Assembly: GCA_046758965.1 (NCBI GenBank) | Contig: JBHIBG010000010.1 | Span: 1 to 56,743, forward strand | Direction: 5' to 3' | DNA from: Candidatus Methylomirabilia bacterium | GTDB lineage: Bacteria; Methylomirabilota; Methylomirabilia; Rokubacteriales; CSP1-6 | Length of the DNA: 56,743 nt | Shown: positions 55,902 to 56,743 of the stretch, in pieces | Layout of the letters: each line of letters begins with the position of its first letter | How positions within the stretch are numbered: position 1 is the first letter of the stretch | Notes under the pieces: model-generated | What the model was told of the DNA's origin: nothing | Database searches by the model: none | What the model saw: the letters and a program-made list of their open reading frames with translations, nothing else | Position numbers and translations under genes: made by a program

Positions 55902-56261
55902 GTGGACCAGGTCAGAATCGACAAGTGGCTCTGGGCGGCCCGGTTCTTCAAAACCCGGAGCTTGGCTTCCGCTGCCTGCACCGGCGGGAAGGTGGACGTG
56001 AACGATCACGCGGCCAAACCGGCCAGGGCGGTCCGCCCCGGAGATCTTCTGCGAGTGACCCTTCCCAGGGGGAAGAGGCTCCTCAAAGTGCTGGCCCTGG
56101 CTGACCAGCGCGGGCCGGCGCCCCAGGCCCGGCTTCTCTACGAGGACCTGACCCCACCGTCGCCGCCTGAGCCGATTCCCGCTGCCCCGTCGGTCTATCG
56201 CCCTCCCGGAGCAGGCCGCCCCACGAAGCGAGAGCGCCGCCTCCTCGAGCGGCTGAGTTGA
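55902..56261 (+). CDS. hslR: Ribosome-associated heat shock protein Hsp15 (S4 domain)
   Basis: VRIDKWLWAARFFKTRSLA, GRPTKRERR. Confidence 0.92.
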   Translation: MDQVRIDKWLWAARFFKTRSLASAACTGGKVDVNDHAAKPARAVRPGDLLRVTLPRGKRLLKVLALADQRGPAPQARLLYEDLTPPSPPEPIPAAPSVYRPPGAGRPTKRERRLLERLS

Positions 56262-56404
56262 TGGACGTGGAACACGTCGCGCTGCGAGGAAGGAGGCCGA
56301 CCTACTCCTCGCCCTCGCCAACCAACTGGTCTGGACGTTCCTCGTAAATGTAGAGAGGCGTCCGAGAGACCCCAAGCCCCTTTTCGATCATCAGGGCGAC
56401 TATA

Positions 56405-56743
56405 CCTGAATCACGGCTAATTTTCACATGCTCTCGACGAGCGGGGGTCTAAGAAGTGTTGCAAATCGGGTCAGACCAAGGGCTTGACCCTGGAAGCGGC
56501 GCTTTGAATCTTGAAAAACAGATCCTGTTCTGGATAGCGTTGAGGAAGCCTGAGATAGTTGCGGTTGTGCCGATTGACCCACTCCGCGGGCAGCCACCAA
56601 AGGTCGCGGCGCAAGGTGGAGATGTTCCAGTGTTGTTTGTCGGGTGGCAAACAAAGGAACTGAAAAGCCAGCACGAGGTCGTAAGCCCTAGGTGGCATTG
56701 GCCCAGAAGCTGCGGGTGGGGATTTTGGCCATCGCGTAGGACC
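56405..56743 (-). mobile_element. IS1380-family element, 3' end with disrupted transposase (runs off the window)
   Basis: Minus strand reads SYAMAKIPTRSFWANAT-stop, then in another frame AYDLV...STLRRDLWWLPAEWV..NYLRLP (stop at 56471); probable terminal repeat CCTGAATCACGGC at 56405 next to TATA. Confidence 0.7.

Noticed and set aside
1..56743. CRISPR arrays, tRNA (including tRNA-Sec), rRNA, tmRNA, RNase P RNA, sel genes
   Set aside because: No regularly spaced repeats or diagnostic conserved motifs seen by eye; a covariance-model scan would be needed to exclude them formally

Overview
GC-rich bacterial chromosomal segment with about 50 CDSs. Gene content is reminiscent of Rokubacteria/Methylomirabilota; this is an inference, since no marker gene is present. 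Most genes are housekeeping or metabolic: mqnA, suhB, trxB, nadE, an RND pump, three ABC exporter subunits, mrp, rbsK, nagZ, fabH, aroQ, cobS/cobC and two carboxyltransferases. I found no rRNA, tRNA or CRISPR array. Features the ORF track misses or obscures: (1) two UGA-readthrough selenoprotein candidates, a TPGU peroxiredoxin and a CxxU SelW/Rdx protein, each followed by a SECIS-like hairpin; (2) two large multi-hairpin noncoding elements closed by long-range, G-U-containing stems (12503-12895 and 18787-19084), the second with a switch-like alternative pairing just before a Shine-Dalgarno upstream of nadE; (3) a 1397-aa GGDEF + STAND-type ATPase + duplicated domain + HEAT protein behind a sigma54-type promoter in a lower-GC block; (4) a divergent PEPCK/HPrK-superfamily P-loop protein; (5) an RNase H homologue and a nucleotidyltransferase homologue lacking catalytic acidic residues; (6) decay scars: an Lhr helicase remnant, a flavin-reductase chimera and a broken IS1380 at the right edge. 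All assignments come from motif recognition by eye; no database searches or folding programs were run.
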